A DNA stretch of 64,000 bases, taken from contig CAWJCS010000004.1 of the NCBI GenBank assembly GCA_963841435.1, forward strand, positions 845,934-909,933. The letters are read 5' to 3'. Positions 26,244 through 40,547 of the stretch are shown here, in pieces. Position 1 is the first letter of the stretch. Every line of letters begins with the position of its first letter. The stretch is from an uncultured delta proteobacterium. GTDB taxonomy: Bacteria; Myxococcota_A; Polyangia; Polyangiales; Polyangiaceae. The notes beneath the pieces are model-generated. The model had not been told where the DNA came from and did not search any database. It saw nothing but the letters and a program-made list of their open reading frames with translations. The translations under genes and the position numbers were made by a program.

Positions 26244-26768
26244 TTAGCCTTGGATAATTGATTCGACCGTGACGCCTATCGTTTGGCCCCCACAGGCGGT
26301 AGGGGTGGCGGGCGAGGTTGATGTTGAGGTAGCGGGGATCGTCGGTGACCTCGCGGCCGGCCCAGGGGGGGAGGTCGACCGGCTGGTCGGCGCGGTCCAG
26401 TTCGACCTCGGCGAGCACCAGGCCGGTATTTTCGCCGGCAAAGACATCGACCACCCATTCGAGGCCGGCGTAGGTGAAGGGTGTGGCGGACCTTCTCGAT
26501 CAGCGGCCGGCGGCAGAGGTTTGCCAGCAGCTCTTCGGCATCGCTTGCAGGGATCGGGTATTCGTACTCCGGCCGGCTGACGCCCTGCTTGCCGCCCTTG
26601 ATGGTAAGGAAGGCGTCGTCGCCGAAGACGCGGACGCGGACGGCGAGCGTCGCCCCCACCGCCGCCGTCGCCGTGGCAGAGGTAGCCCTGGCGGATCGGC
26701 AGGGCGACGGCGCCCTCCGCCAGCCATCGCCCTTCGACCAGGAATTTGCGTTCGGTCTCGACCGCCAT
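26244..26768 (-). CDS. CYTH domain protein (frameshifted)
   Basis: ETERKFLV; IRQGYL; VRVR....AFLTIKG; RPEYEYPIP; IEKVR; GLVLAEVEL; GREVTDDPRY.N..LA. Confidence 0.9.
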   Translation of the reverse strand: MAVETERKFLVEGRWLAEGAVALPIRQGYLCHGDGGGGGDARRPRPRLRRRRLPYHQGRQAGRQPAGVRIPDPCKRCRRAAGKPLPPAADREGPPHPSPTPASNGWSMSLPAKIPAWCSPRSNWTAPTSRSTSPPGPAARSPTIPATSTSTSPATPTACGGQTIGVTVESIIQG

Positions 26769-26800
26769 CGCGTCGCTTCCGCGTTTATGGTCTCGTTGTT

Positions 26801-28709
26801 TCAGTCGTCGGCGCCGCCTCCGATCGTCGCATCCGCCGGATCGTCGCCGGCGGCATCGTCGACGACCACGGTCGTTATCGGGCGGCTCGTCATCGTCATG
26901 ATCACCGGCATCGCCCGCGGCATCCGTCGGATCGAGGCGGCGGATGCTGTCGATCGTCGCCCCCGGGAATGCCTCGATGATGGCGGCGATCATCGGCGTC
27001 GCCAGCACCCGCTCGCGCAGCTCGGCAGCGTCCTGCCGCCTTTGCGCCAGAACCGACGGGCGCCGCCCTGCGTCGGCGGAGAGCGTCACCAGCCACGGCC
27101 GGCCGGTGCGCCCCGAAAGGAAGCGGCTCAGCCGCTGCGGCAGATCGGCCGGCGCATCCCGCTCCAGCGCCAGCTCCAGATGCCCGATCTCGAAGCGGAC
27201 GAGGCGAACGCTGCCGATCAGATGGCCGTGCAGCAGCATCTCGCGCTGGGATTCCGCCAGCGCGATCACCTGGGCGAAGCTCGTCGGCAGCGGCGTCGGC
27301 ACGGCGAGGAGGGCGTCGCCGGTCTGCGGCGGCGTCCGCGGGCCATCGGGCTCCGCCGGCACCGCGGTGGGCCGGCGCCACGGACGACACGGCGCCGGAC
27401 GGCGGCCGCGGCGCCTGGACGTCGCCGCCGGGGGGTGCGGCCGGCGCAACGCCAGGCGGAATCTCGATGCGCCGGTTCCCCCGGTCCGCCCTCGGCCGCT
27501 GGCGCCGGACGGCATCCGGGCGAGCGCTTCCGCCGGGGTCGGCAGCGGCGCCGTATAGGCGAGGCGGATCAGCACCATGTCCGCGGCCTTGATCGGCATC
27601 GGCGCCTGCCGCGTCTCAGCCAGCCCCTTCAAAAGCATTTGCCAGGCGCGGGCGAGCTGCGGGATGGCGAGACGGCCGGCGAGGGTCTGGCCGCGCACCC
27701 GCTCCGCCTCCGGAACGCCGGGAGCGGCGGCGACCTCGGGTGTGATTTTGATCCGCGTCAGCCAGTGGGTCAGTTCGAGGAGTCTTCCAGCACCGCCGCC
27801 GGATCGGCGCCGGCCTCGTACTGCCCCCGCAACAGCGCCACCGCCGCCGCCGCATCGCCGCCCATCACCGCCTCGAACAGATCGAAACCGGCGATGCGGT
27901 CGGCGAGGCCGAGCATGTCGCGCACCGCCGCCTCGTCGATGTCCGTTGCCGGCATGGGCGATCGCCTGATCGAGAAGCGACAGGGCATCGCGGACGCTGC
28001 CGTCGGCGGCGCGGGCGATGAGCTGCAGCGCCGCGCGTCGACGGCGACGCCCTCGGCCGCGGCGATCGCGGCCGAGATGGCGAGGCGAGCGTCGCCTGCT
28101 CGACACGGCGCAGGTCGAAGCGTTGGCAGCGCGACAGCACGGTGACCGGCACCTTGCGGATCTCGGTGGTGGCGAAGATGAACTTGACGTGCTCCGGCGG
28201 CTCTTCGAGGGTCTTCAGGAGGGCGTTGAAGGCCTGCGTCGACAGCATGTGCACTTCGTCGATGATGTAGACCTTGAAGCGCGCCGACGCCGGCCGGTAG
28301 CGGACGCCGTCGAGCAGCTCGCGCATGGCATCGACGCCGGTGCGGCTGGCGGCGTCCATCTCGATGCACGTCCAGGTGGCGGTCCTGGGCGATGGCGACG
28401 CACGGCTCGCAGGCACCGCACGGCTGGACGGTAATGCCGCCCTCGCCGTCGGCGCCGATGCAGTTGAGGGCGCGGGCGATGATCCGGGCGGTCGTCGTCT
28501 TGCCGATGCCGCGGACGCCGGCGAGCATGTAGGCGTGGGCGATGCGGCCGGAGCGAAAGGCGTTGCGTCAGCGTGCGCACCAGGGCGTCCTGGCCGATCA
28601 GGGCCTCGAACGTCGACGGCCGGTATTTGCGGGCGAGGACCCGGTAGGGCGATCGCGGCTCCTTGGTCGGCGGCGGAAGAAGTCGCGCAGGCGTATCGCG
28701 TCGGTCCAT
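26801..28709 (-). CDS. dnaX: DNA polymerase III gamma/tau (frameshifted)
   Basis: [61 protein letters not shown]. Confidence 0.96.
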
Positions 28710-28736
28710 GGCAGCGGGCAGGTCAGGCCGAAGGGT

Positions 28737-28833
28737 GGGAGACTGATCGAACGACCCGGACCGAAACTCGTTACGGCTGCTTCCTTCCGGACCTGACCGG
28801 GTTGGCGAGGAGCCCGTCCGCCGTCAGCCTCCC
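28737..28833 (-). ncRNA. ffs: Signal recognition particle 4.5S RNA
   Basis: Minus strand contains the SRP core CCGGTCAGGTCCGGAAGGAAGCAGCC in a long hairpin; directly upstream of dnaX. Confidence 0.93.
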
Positions 28834-28951
28834 AATCGCTCAATATCCGCCGCGCGCGCAACCGACGCAAGGGGGGAGGGGGTGCCAAGGGTGTCGGCCC
28901 GCCGCCGTCGCACGTTGCCGAAGGGCCTGCGCTATGGCACGCTCGCCGGCG

Positions 28952-29929
28952 ATGATCGCGCCGCTCGCCTACGCCGACTGCCCGCTCGACCGCGCCACCC
29001 ATCTCCGCGCCGATCCGCTGTGGATCGAGGCGCGGCGGCGCGACCCCGGCAGCGTCTTCGTCGTCGTCTGCCGCGATCGCAATCTTGTCGCGGGCGAGCC
29101 GCCGCGGGCGGTGCGGCTCTCGGGGGCGGCTGGCGTCGGCGACAGCGAAGCCTTCGCCTTTCTCGGCATATCCCGGTCCGGCGCCTCGGGGAATGGCACC
29201 GCCTGGTTCGCGGTCGAACCGGAGGCTTCGGTCGCCGCGCAGAACTGGCGGGTGCCGTCGCGCGGCGTCTTCATGGAACTGAGGCGGGTGAGCGTCCGGC
29301 TGCCGGCCGGCGAGGCGGCGATCCTCGCCTACGCCCGGGCGCTGATGAACTGGCACCGGCGGCACCGCCACTGCGGCGTCTGCGGCGGGCCGACCATCGT
29401 CCGCGAGGGCGGCCACATGCCGGGTCTGCCTCGACGCCGCCTGCGGCACCCTGCATTTTCCGCGCACCGATCCGGCGATCATCGTCCTCGTCACCCGCGA
29501 TGGACCGGACGGGGAGGCGTGCCTGCTCGCCCGCCAGCCCGGCTGGCCGAAGGGGCTGATGTCGACGCTCGCCGGCTTCGTCGAGCCCGGGGAGACGGTG
29601 GAGGGCGCCGTCGTCCGCGAGGTCCGGGAGGAAGCGGGCATCGGCGTCGCCGCGTCCGCTACACCGGCTCCCAGCCGTGGCCGTTTCCATCGTCGCTGAT
29701 GCTGGCGTTCCGCGCTTCTGCCGAGCCCGCTGCCGAAATTGCGTTCGATTCGCGCGAGATTGAGGACGGCCGCTGGTTCAGCCCGCGCGGAGGTCCTCCG
29801 CCTGGCGGACATGGGCCTGAAGCTGCCGACGGCGGATTCGGTCGCAAGGAGGCTGATCGAGGACTGGCTCGGCCGAAGGCGACGCCGCCGGCGCGATCGG
29901 CTGCTGACGCGCATGGAGGCGGGCGATGA
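28952..29929 (+). CDS. nudC: NAD(+)/NADH diphosphatase NudC (frameshifted)
   Basis: [55 protein letters not shown]. Confidence 0.92.
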   Translation: MIAPLAYADCPLDRATHLRADPLWIEARRRDPGSVFVVVCRDRNLVAGEPPRAVRLSGAAGVGDSEAFAFLGISRSGASGNGTAWFAVEPEASVAAQNWRVPSRGVFMELRRVSVRLPAGEAAILAYARALMNWHRRHRHCGVCGGPTIVREGGHMPGLPRRRLRHPAFSAHRSGDHRPRHPRWTGRGGVPARPPARLAEGADVDARRLRRARGDGGGRRRPRGPGGSGHRRRRVRYTGSQPWPFPSSLMLAFRASAEPAAEIAFDSREIEDGRWFSPRGGPPPGGHGPEAADGGFGRKEADRGLARPKATPPARSAADAHGGGR

Positions 29930-30483
29930 TGGCGGCAGACCGCGCGCATCCGGCCGGCGCGGCCGGGCGATGCCGAGGCCATCGCCGAGGTCCATATCGA
30001 TGCATGGCGCTCCGCCTATCCGGGACTGGTGCCGACGGTCGTCCTGGTTCGCTGTCGAAGCGGGCGCAGACACGCGAATGGTCGCAGCAGATCGCGCGAC
30101 AGGGGCTATCCGGCCGGTGTCCTCGTCGCCGATCTTCCCGGCCAGGGGGTCATCGGCTTCGGCAGTTGCGGCCGGGCGAGGCCACCAGCCTCGCCTGGGT
30201 CGCCGAGATCTATACCCTCTACGTCTCGCCCGAACACCAGGAGTGTGGTGTCGGCCGGGCGCTGCTGTTCGGCCTGTTCCAGGGCCTCGCCGACCGAGGC
30301 CTGACCTCCGCCCTGGTCTGGGTCCTGAAGGAGAATCCGGCGCGGTTCTTCTACGAAGCGATGGGCGGACGGCGGGTCGCCGAACGGGAGGAGCACCTGT
30401 GGAACACCCTCGTCCCGCAGGCCGCATATGCGTGGGACGACGTCCGCCTGCTCGAGGCGCGCTCCCGCACGGACGATATCTAG
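29926..30483 (+). CDS. GNAT family acetyltransferase (frameshifted)
   Basis: AEIYTLYVSPEHQ..GVGRALL; LVWVLKENPARFFYEAMGG. Confidence 0.85.
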   Translation: MMAADRAHPAGAAGRCRGHRRGPYRCMALRLSGTGADGRPGSLSKRAQTREWSQQIARQGLSGRCPRRRSSRPGGHRLRQLRPGEATSLAWVAEIYTLYVSPEHQECGVGRALLFGLFQGLADRGLTSALVWVLKENPARFFYEAMGGRRVAEREEHLWNTLVPQAAYAWDDVRLLEARSRTDDI

Positions 30484-30506
30484 CAGTTTCCGTTGATCTG
30501 AACTCG

Positions 30507-30567
30507 CCCTCACCCTCCCGCGCCGCGGTCCCTCCCTCTCCCGCCGGGAGAGGGCTGGGGTGAGGGG
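30507..30567. repeat. REP/RIME-like palindromic intergenic element
   Basis: CCCTCACCC...CCCTCTCCC-GCC-GGGAGAGGG..GGGGTGAGGGG nested inverted repeats between convergent genes. Confidence 0.7.
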
Positions 30568-30681
30568 CGGCGCCGGCAGCGGTGTGCGTCCGTCCAGCCG
30601 AACGGAATGTTAGACCGGCGACCTGAGAGCGGCGATACGGCGTGCCTCCGCCGTCATTTGCCGCGGTCACCGCGCCCGGCG

Positions 30682-31597
30682 TCAATCCCCGTCGTCGTCG
30701 AGGCTGCGGCTGTCGAAGCGGTAGGAGTGCTGCGGATAGACGCCGAGGATGCGTACCTCGCGGGTGAAGAAATCGAGCTCTTCCAAGGCGAGGCGCAAAC
30801 CCGGCTCGTCCGGGTGGCCTTCCACCTCGGCATAGAATTGCGCCGCGTTGAAGCGGCCGCCGACCAGATAGCTCTCCAGCTTGGTCATGTTGACGCCGTT
30901 GGTGGCGAAGCCGCCGAGCGCCTTGTACAGCGCCGCCGGAACGTTGCGGACGCGGAAGACGAAACTGGTCATCACCGGTCCCGACTTCGGATGCGGGACC
31001 AGCGGCGCCTTGGCCATGATCAGAAAGCGGGTGGTGTTGTGCTCGGCGTCCTCGATGTTGGCCCTCAAGGTGATCAGCCCGTTGATGGCGCCGGCGAGTT
31101 CGGAGGCGATGACGGCCTGCGTCGGATCGCCGGCGGCGGCGATCTCGGCGGCGGCGCCGGCGGTGTCGATGCGGACGACCGCCTCGACGGCCGAGTTCGC
31201 GGAGAAGGACGCGGCACTGGTTGAGGGCGTGAATGTGGCTGTGGACATGGGTGATGTCGGCGATGCGGGCGCCCGGCAGCGCCGAGGAGGAAGTGGTTCA
31301 CCCGCTGGTAGTGCTCGCCGATGATATGCAGGCCCGAACGCCGGCAGCAGGTGATGGATGTCGGCGACGCGACCGGCGACCGAATTCTCGATCGGAATCA
31401 TCGCCAGCGCCGCCCGGCCTTCGTGCACGGCGCCGATGGTGTCTTCGAAGGACCGGCACGGCAAGGTCGCCAGTTCCGGCCGGGCGGCCCGGCAGGCGAG
31501 ATCGGAATAGGCGCCGGGGGCTCCCTGGAAGGCGATGGTATGACCGGGGTCGGCGGCACGCGTCCGGCGCAACGGCGGGTGCCGGCGCCGTCGTCAC
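30682..31597 (-). CDS. pheA: Prephenate dehydratase (frameshifted)
   Basis: IAFQGAPGAYS; MIPIENSVAGRVADIH; NIED.EHNTTRF; FRVRNVPAALYKALGGFATNGVNMTKLES. Confidence 0.95.
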
Positions 31598-32357
31598 TGC
31601 GGCGGCGGACGCTGATGTTGCGTCGTATCTTGCACCCATTCCGGCGGTCTCAGATCCTCGACGTTAAGAAGGACGGGGAGATAGTGCCTGCGCGACGTGG
31701 CATGGAAGAGCTGACCGCGGGCGACTACCCGTTTCTTGAGGAGCGGACGTAAGCCGGGCTCAAGCTCCTTGTCCACGATCAACTGCAACTGCCTGACATT
31801 TTTTTCCGGCCGGTTGATCAGGTCGCCGGCCTCGATGCTGACGCAGACCGGTTTTGCCAGGGTGATGACCCAGACCGCCTCCGGCGGCGGCGGCTTCGCG
31901 ACCGGACGCGCCCGTAAGAGCACCGGGTCGGGAGCGAGCAGCTCCGGCGGGATCGGCGGGCCGATGAAGTCGGCGAGCTACCTCCGCGGCGAGGGGGGAG
32001 GGGGCGCCGGGGAGGCAGGGGACGAGGGCGCGGCCGCGGGTGGCCCCGTGGCAGCCGCATCGCCCTTCGCCGGCGCGCCGGCGCCGGCCGGCGGTGTCGC
32101 GGCGGCGACGGCACCGGCCGCGCCGGGCGGCGGCACGCCTTCCACCTCAACGTCGTCGGGATCGACGAACAGGTCCTCGATCGGCTCCGGCCAGAAGCTC
32201 TGGCGGCCGAGCGTGCCGATCAGCTCGACGGGCTCGGGGGCATAGGCGAAACAGGAAACGGGGGTCGGCGGCCTTCCCGAAGGCGGCCACGACCAGGGCT
32301 CCGGCGACGACGATCGCCCTAGGCAGGACGGACGAGCGAGCGCCGGAGCACCGGCAC
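31594..32357 (-). CDS. Secreted DUF4431-like protein with Pro/Ala-rich insert (frameshifted)
   Basis: CFAYAPEPVELIGTL...WVITLAKPVCV...QLQL...VVARGQLFHA..RHYLPVLL. Confidence 0.55.
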
Positions 32358-32360
32358 CGC

Positions 32361-33114
32361 CTAACGCTCGGCAAGAAGGGCGCGCGCCCGGTCCAGATCG
32401 GCTTCGGTGTCGACCCCGAGCGGCACCGTCGTCGACCCGGGCGACGTCGATGCGCATGCCGTTTTCCAGGGCGCGCAGCTGTTCCAGGCGCTCGCGCCGC
32501 TCGAGCGACGCCGCACGGCAGAGCCGACGAAGCGGGCAAGGGCGGCGCGGCGATAGGCATAGAGCCCGATGTGATGCCAGCGTCGGCCCGTCGCCCCACG
32601 GCACCGGATTGCGGCTGAAGTAGAGGGCGCGGCCGATGTCGTTGCCGTCGGCAAAGGCGACGGCGGCCTTGACGACGTTCGGATCGGCGCGCTCTTCCGC
32701 ATCGATCGATCGGCGCAACGAGGCGTGGCGATGTCGACGGCCGGCTCGGCGAGCGGTCGCAGCGCCGCCTGCACCAGACCCGGGATCGAGCGTCGGCAGA
32801 TCACCTTGCAGATTGACGACGATGTCGTACCGGCCGGCCTCGTCGACGCGCTGCAAGGCTTCGAATATGCGGTCGGACCCGGACGGATGGTCCGGCGCGG
32901 TCGCGACCGCCCGGCCGCCGGCGGCGGTCACCGCGTCGATGATCTCCTGTTCGGCACAGGCGACGACGACGGGGCCGACATCCGCCTCCATCGCCCGTCG
33001 CCAGACGTGAACGATCATCGGCAGGCCGGCGATGTCGGCAAGCGGCTTGCCCGGCAACCGCGTCGACGCCATCCGCGCCGGCACCAGGACGATCGCGTTT
33101 TGAGGCGTGATCAT
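32361..33114 (-). CDS. kdsB: 3-deoxy-manno-octulosonate cytidylyltransferase (frameshifted)
   Basis: VPARMASTRLPGKPLA; HPSGSDRI; VVNLQGDLP; RALYFSR; HHIGLYAYRR; ERLEQLRALENG; GVDTEADL. Confidence 0.95.
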
Positions 33115-33269
33115 TCCGCAGATCCTTAGCACATGTGGCCCGGCGCCACCAGATGGCGGTCGGCTGGGCATTGAAGCCGCTGGTGTCTTACGGCTATTGT
33201 GCGGCCGCGTCATGGGGCATCGCGGCACCCGCCCGAGCACCGGCAACGGGCCGAAAAAAGGAAACGGGA

Positions 33270-33808
33270 ATGCACTTCTCTGTCATGGAAAAGCTCGGGG
33301 CGTCGGTCCTGATCGTCGCGTGGCTGATTTACGGGGCGAACTTCCTCGGCAACACCCTGGTCAACGTGCAGCAGCACGCATCGACGATGCCGGTTGCGGA
33401 AAAGGCGGGCGCCGGCCAGGCGGCGGCACCGGAAGCCCCGGCGGCGCCGGTCGACATCCTGCCGCTGATCGCCGCTGCCGATCCGGCCGCCGGGGAGAAG
33501 ATCTTCGGCAAGTGCAAGGCATGCCACACGGTGGCAAAGGGCGGCTCCGGCCGGTGTCGGTCCGAATCTGTGGAACGTCGTCGGCGGGCCGCACGCGCAC
33601 ATGGAGGGGTTCAACTATTCGTCGGTGATGGCCGGGATGCACGACAAGAAGTGGACGTACGAGGAATTGAACGCCTTCCTCACCTCGCCGAAAACCTATG
33701 CCCCCGGCACCAAGATGACGTTTGCGGGCTTGAAGAAGCCGGAGGAGAGGGCCGACGTCATCGCCTACCTGCGCACCCAGTCCGACAACCCGATCGCCGC
33801 TGCCGTGA
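33270..33808 (+). CDS. Membrane-anchored class I cytochrome c (CycM/cY-like) (frameshifted)
   Basis: N-terminal [35 protein letters not shown]. Confidence 0.88.
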
Positions 33809-34580
33809 TCGATCTCGACGCCTTCGTCGGCCTGGCGGCGGCGATGGCCGACGCCGTTCGCCCGGTGGTCCTCGAGGCGTTCCCGACCCGGTCGCCTTTC
33901 AGAGGAAGGCCGACGACACCCCGGTGACCGCCGCCGATCGGGCGGCGGAGGCGACGATGCGGCGGATGATCGAGACCGCCTGGCCGGAGCACGGCATCCT
34001 CGGCGAGGAATACGGCGCCGCCCGCAGCGAAGCGCCGTTCGTCTGGGTGCTCGATCCGATCGACGGCACCAAGTCGTTCGTCACCGGCAAGCCGCTGTTC
34101 GGCACGCTTGATCGCGCTGACCCGGAACGGCGAGCCGATCCTGGGCGTCATCGACATGCCGGCTCTCGACGAGCGCTGGATCGGCGCCGCCGGCCGTCCG
34201 ACAATGCGCAACGGCCGGGCAGGTCAAGGGGCGCGCCTGCGCGTCCCTGGCCGATGCCTGGCTCTTCGCAACGTCACCGCAGATGTTCGAGGGAGACGAT
34301 GTCGCCGCCTTCGAGCGCCTGCGCGCACGCTGCTACGCCGCCGTGTGGGGCGCCGATCTCTACGCCTACGGGCTGCTCGCCAGGGGTCGCGTCGATCTCG
34401 TCTGCGAGGCGTCGCTGCAGCCCTACGACTACTGCGCCGTCGTCCCGGTCGTCGCCGGGGCCGGCGGGATCATCACCGATTGGCACGGCCGGCCGCTCGC
34501 ACATCCGCTCCGATGGCCGGGTGCTCGCCGCCGGCGATCCGCAGGCGCATCAGGCGGCGCTCGCCGCCCTCGCCGGGTGA
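33805..34580 (+). CDS. hisN: Histidinol-phosphatase, inositol monophosphatase family (frameshifted)
   Basis: [56 protein letters not shown]. Confidence 0.85.
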
Positions 34581-36526
34581 CCGGTATCGGACGGCGACCG
34601 CACCGGCTCCGGATTGCTGTTGCTGGCGCTGGTGCCGGTGCTCGCCCTTTGCGCGGCATACCGGCGCCGGCGAGCGCGGCGGCGGCCAGGACCGGCGGCG
34701 GGGAGAAGACCCAGCCGATCCACTCCGGGTCACGCCATCGCCATGTTCGGCGAGCCGAAATACGGCCCGACTTCCGCCATTTCGACTACGTCAATCCGGA
34801 CGCCCCGAAGGGGGGGCTGATGCGCCTCGGCGTCGCCGGCACCTTCGATTCGTTCAACCCCTACATCGTCCGCGGCAATCCCGCCGCCGGCATCGATGCG
34901 GAGAGCCTCACCGTCGCCAGCCAGGACGAGCCGTTCACCCAGTACGGGCTGATCGCCGAACGAATCGAATGGCCCGAGGACAGGTCCTGGGTCGCCTTCA
35001 CCCTGCGGCCCGAGGCGCGCTGGCACGATGGCCAGCCGATCACCGTCGATGACGTGATCTTCTCGCTCGACACCCTGAAGAGCAAGGGCCAGCCCTTCTA
35101 CCGGTTCTATTACCGGAGCATCGTCCGGGCCGAGAAGGTGGGCGAACGCACCGTCAGGTTCGTCTTCAGCGAGGCCGGCAATCGCGAATTGCCGCTGATC
35201 GCCGGCCAGATCCCGATCCTGCCGAAGCATTACTGGGAAGACCCGCGACTTCGAGCGCTCGACCCTGGAGCCGCCGCTCGGCAGCGGCCCCTACCGGATA
35301 TCGACCTTCGAGGCCGGCCGCTACGTCGTCGTCGAGCGCGTCGACGACTACTGGGGCAAGGATCTTCCGGTCAACATCGGCCAGAACAACTTCGACCGGA
35401 TGCGCTTCGAGTATTTCCGCGACGAGACGGTGTTGCGGCAGGCCCTCAAGGCCGGCGTCCTCGACTTCCGCATCGAGAACCAGGCGAAGGCCTGGGCCCT
35501 CGACTACGATATCCCGGCGGTGCGCGACGGCTGGCTGAAGAAGGTCGCGTTCCCGCACAAGCGGCCGGCCGGGACTGCAGGCGTTCGTTTACAATACCCG
35601 CCGGCCGGTGTTTGCCGACGCGCGCGTCCGCGAGGCGCTGGGATATGCCTTCGATTTCGAGTGGACCAACCGCATCCTGTTCTTCGGCCAGTACACGCGG
35701 GCGACCAGCTATTTCAATAACTCGGAACTCGCCGCCGAGCGGCCCGCCGAGCGAGGCCGAGCGCGCCATTCTCGAACCGTTTCGAGGGCAGGTGCCGGAC
35801 CGGGTGTTCGGCCCGGCCTACCGGCCGCCGACGACCGACGGCTCCGGCTGGCCGCGCGCCAATCTCGAGCACGCGTTTCAGCTGCTGCGCGAGGCCGGCT
35901 GGGTGGTGCGCGACATGAAGCTCGTCAACGAGACGACGCGGCGAGCCGATGGCCTTCGAGATCCTCATCGACACCCCGACCTTCGAGCGCATCATGCTTC
36001 CCTTCGTCCGCAACCTGAAGCGGCTCGGCATCGATGCGCGCATCCGTCTCGTCGACGATTCGCAATACATCAACCGGCTGCGTTCGTTCGATTTCGACAT
36101 GGCGATGCTGGTCTGGGGACAGTCGGAATCGCCCGGCAACGAGCAACGTGACTTCTGGAGTTCGGCCGCGGCCGATCAGGAGGGCAGCCGCAACTATGCC
36201 GGCATCAAGGATCCCGTCGTCGACAAGCTGATCGAAATGTTGATCACCGCGCCCGACCGCGAGGGCCTCGTCGCCCGCAGCCGCGCCCTCGACCGGGTCC
36301 TGACCTGGGGCTTCTACGTCATCCCCGCCTGGTACTCGAACATGGACCGCGTGCTCTATTGGGACAAGTATGATTACCCCGCCGTCTCCCCCGACCGCGG
36401 CGTCATCGTCGGCACCTGGTGGTTCGATGCGGAAAAGGCGGCGCAGGCTCGCCGCCCGCGTGGCGCGAACAGCCGGGCGCCGAGCGTCCCGGAATGCGGT
36501 CGATGCCGCAAGTCGGAGAGCGATGA
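34577..36526 (+). CDS. yejA: Peptide ABC transporter substrate-binding protein, YejA type (frameshifted)
   Basis: [59 protein letters not shown]. Confidence 0.88.
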
Positions 36527-37647
36527 TGGGCGCCTACATCGTCCGCCGCCTGCTCCTGATCGTGCCGACGCTGCTGGCGATCATGCTGATCAATTTCCTG
36601 ATCATCCAGACCGCCCCCGGCGGCCCGGTCGAGCAGATGATCGCCCGGGTGACCGGCGAAGGGCCAGGCGATGACCGAGCGGGTGAGCCGCGGCGGCGGC
36701 GGCGAGACGGTCGCCGGGCAGGCGGCGGCTCCCGGCAGTCAGGCGGCGCGGCAGTCGACCGGCCGCTACCGCGGCGCCCAGGGCCTCGATCCCGAGTTCA
36801 TCAAGGAGCTCGAGAAGCAGTTCGGCTTCGACAAGCCGCTGTGGGAGCGGTTCGTCACCATGATCGGCAAGTACATCGTCTTCGACTTCGGCGAGAGCTA
36901 CTTCCGCAACCGGCCGGTCGTCGACCTGGTTCTGGAGAAGATGCCGGTTTCGATCTCGCTCGGCCTGTGGACGACGCTGATCACCTACCTGATCTCGATC
37001 CCGCTCGGCGTGGCGAAGGCGGTGCGCGACGGCTCGCGCTTCGATGTCTGGACCTCCGTCGTCATCGTCGTCGGCAACGCCGTCCCCGCCTTCCTCTTCG
37101 CCGTGCTGCTGCTCGTCCTCTTCGCCGGCGGCAGCTACGTGCAGTGGTTTCCCCTGCGCGGCCTCGTCTCGGAGAACTGGGCGGACCTCTCGTGGCCGGC
37201 AGCGCATCCTCGATTATTTCTGGCATCTGGTGCTGCCGGTGACGGCGATGGTGATCGGCGGCTTCGCCACGCTGACGATGCTGACGAAGAACTCGTTTCT
37301 CGATCAGATCAATCAGCAGTACGTGCTGACCGCCCGCGCCAAGGGCCTGTCCGAGCGCCGCGTGCTCTACGGCCACGTCTTCCGCAACGCCATGCTGATC
37401 GTCATCGCCGGATTTCCCGGCGCGCTGGTCAGCATCCTGTTCACCGGCACCGTCTTCATCGAGATCATCTTCTCGCTCGACGGGCTCGGTCTGCTCGGAC
37501 TTCGAGGCGGCGTTCGCCCGCGACTATCCGCTGATGTTCGGTACCCTCTATTTCTTTTCGCTGGTCGGCCTCGTCCTCAACCTCGTCGGCGACGTGATGT
37601 ACACGATCGTCGATCCGCGCATCGATTTCGAAGCGAGGCGGATGTGA
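36523..37647 (+). CDS. yejB: Peptide ABC transporter permease YejB (frameshifted)
   Basis: [51 protein letters not shown]. Confidence 0.92.
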
Positions 37648-37684
37648 GTCCGGCGTCTCCCGTACCGCCGACCGCATCCTCGGG

Positions 37685-38783
37685 ATGGCCATCACGCCGC
37701 TCACCCGGCGGCGGATCGACAACTTCAAGGGGAACCGGCGCGGCGTCTGGTCGCTCTGGATCTTCCTCGCGCTGTTCGTCGTCTCGCTGTTTGCCGAGTT
37801 CATCGCCAACGACCGGCCGATCGTCGTCTCTTACGATGGCGCCTTCTATTTCCCGATCCTCGACGCGCTATCCGGAGACGACCTTCGGCGGGACGTTCGC
37901 CACCGAGACCGACTACAGCGATCCGGAGGTGCGGCGGCTGATCGACGCCCGCGGCTGGATGCTCCTGCCGCCGATCCCCTACGACTACCGGACCGTAGCC
38001 TGGGACCTGCCGGTCCCGGCGCCCTCGCCGCCCGACGCCGTGCACTGGCTCGGCACCGACGATCAGGCCCGCGACGTGCTCGCCCGGACCATCTACGGCT
38101 TCCGCCTGTCGGTCCTGTTCGGCTTCACCCTGACCATCGTCTCCGCCGTCATCGGCGTCGCCGCCGGCGCGGTCCAGGGCTATTTCGGCGGCTGGATCGA
38201 TCTCGCCTTTCAGCGGTTCATGGAGGTGTGGTCGTCGGTGCCGACGCTCTACGTGCTGATCATCCTCGCCAGCATCATCGAGCCGACGTTCTGGTGGCTC
38301 CTGATCATCCTTCTCTTGTTCCAGTGGATGGGCTTCGTCGGCGTCGTCCGCGCCGAGTTCCTGCGCGCCCGCAACTTCGACTACGTCCGTGCCGCCCGCG
38401 CGCTCGGCGCGTCCGATGCGACGATCATCGTCCGCCATGTCCTTCCCAACGCGACGGTGGCGACGATGACCTTCCTGCCGTTCATCCTCGCCGGCTCGGT
38501 GACCGCGCTCACCGGGCTCGATTTCCTCGGCATCGGCCTGCCGCCCGGCTCGCCCTCGCTCGGCGAAATCCTGGCCCAGGGCAAGGCCAACCTGCAGGCG
38601 CCGTGGCTCGGCATCACCGGCTTCGTCGTCATCGCGCTGATGCTGTCGCTGTTGATCTTCATCGGCGAGGCGGTGCGCGACGCCTTCGATCCGCGGAAGG
38701 CGCTGGGCGCGGCGCCGCCGACCCCCGGATTCGCCTCCGGCGCGCCCCAGCCGACGCGGCCGCTGGCCAGGCCGGCGGAGTAG
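37685..38783 (+). CDS. yejE: Peptide ABC transporter permease YejE (frameshifted)
   Basis: [53 protein letters not shown]. Confidence 0.92.
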
Positions 38784-38839
38784 GGTGCAGATGCGAACGG
38801 ACAAGAGCGGTCGGGAGCATAGCGGCGGGGACGGGTGCG

Positions 38840-40509
<1,670 letters not shown>

Positions 40510-40547
40510 TCAGCGAGTCGCGCGACGAAGCAAAGGACGCAGGGACC

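Noticed and set aside
28598-30685. Long Arg/Pro/Ala-rich antisense ORFs (e.g. 695 aa)
   Set aside because: Shadow ORFs of genuine genes, caused by stop-codon scarcity at high GC
33270-34580. Cytochrome c-HisN fusion
   Set aside because: GTGA start/stop overlap at 33805-33808; apparent read-through is likely an indel
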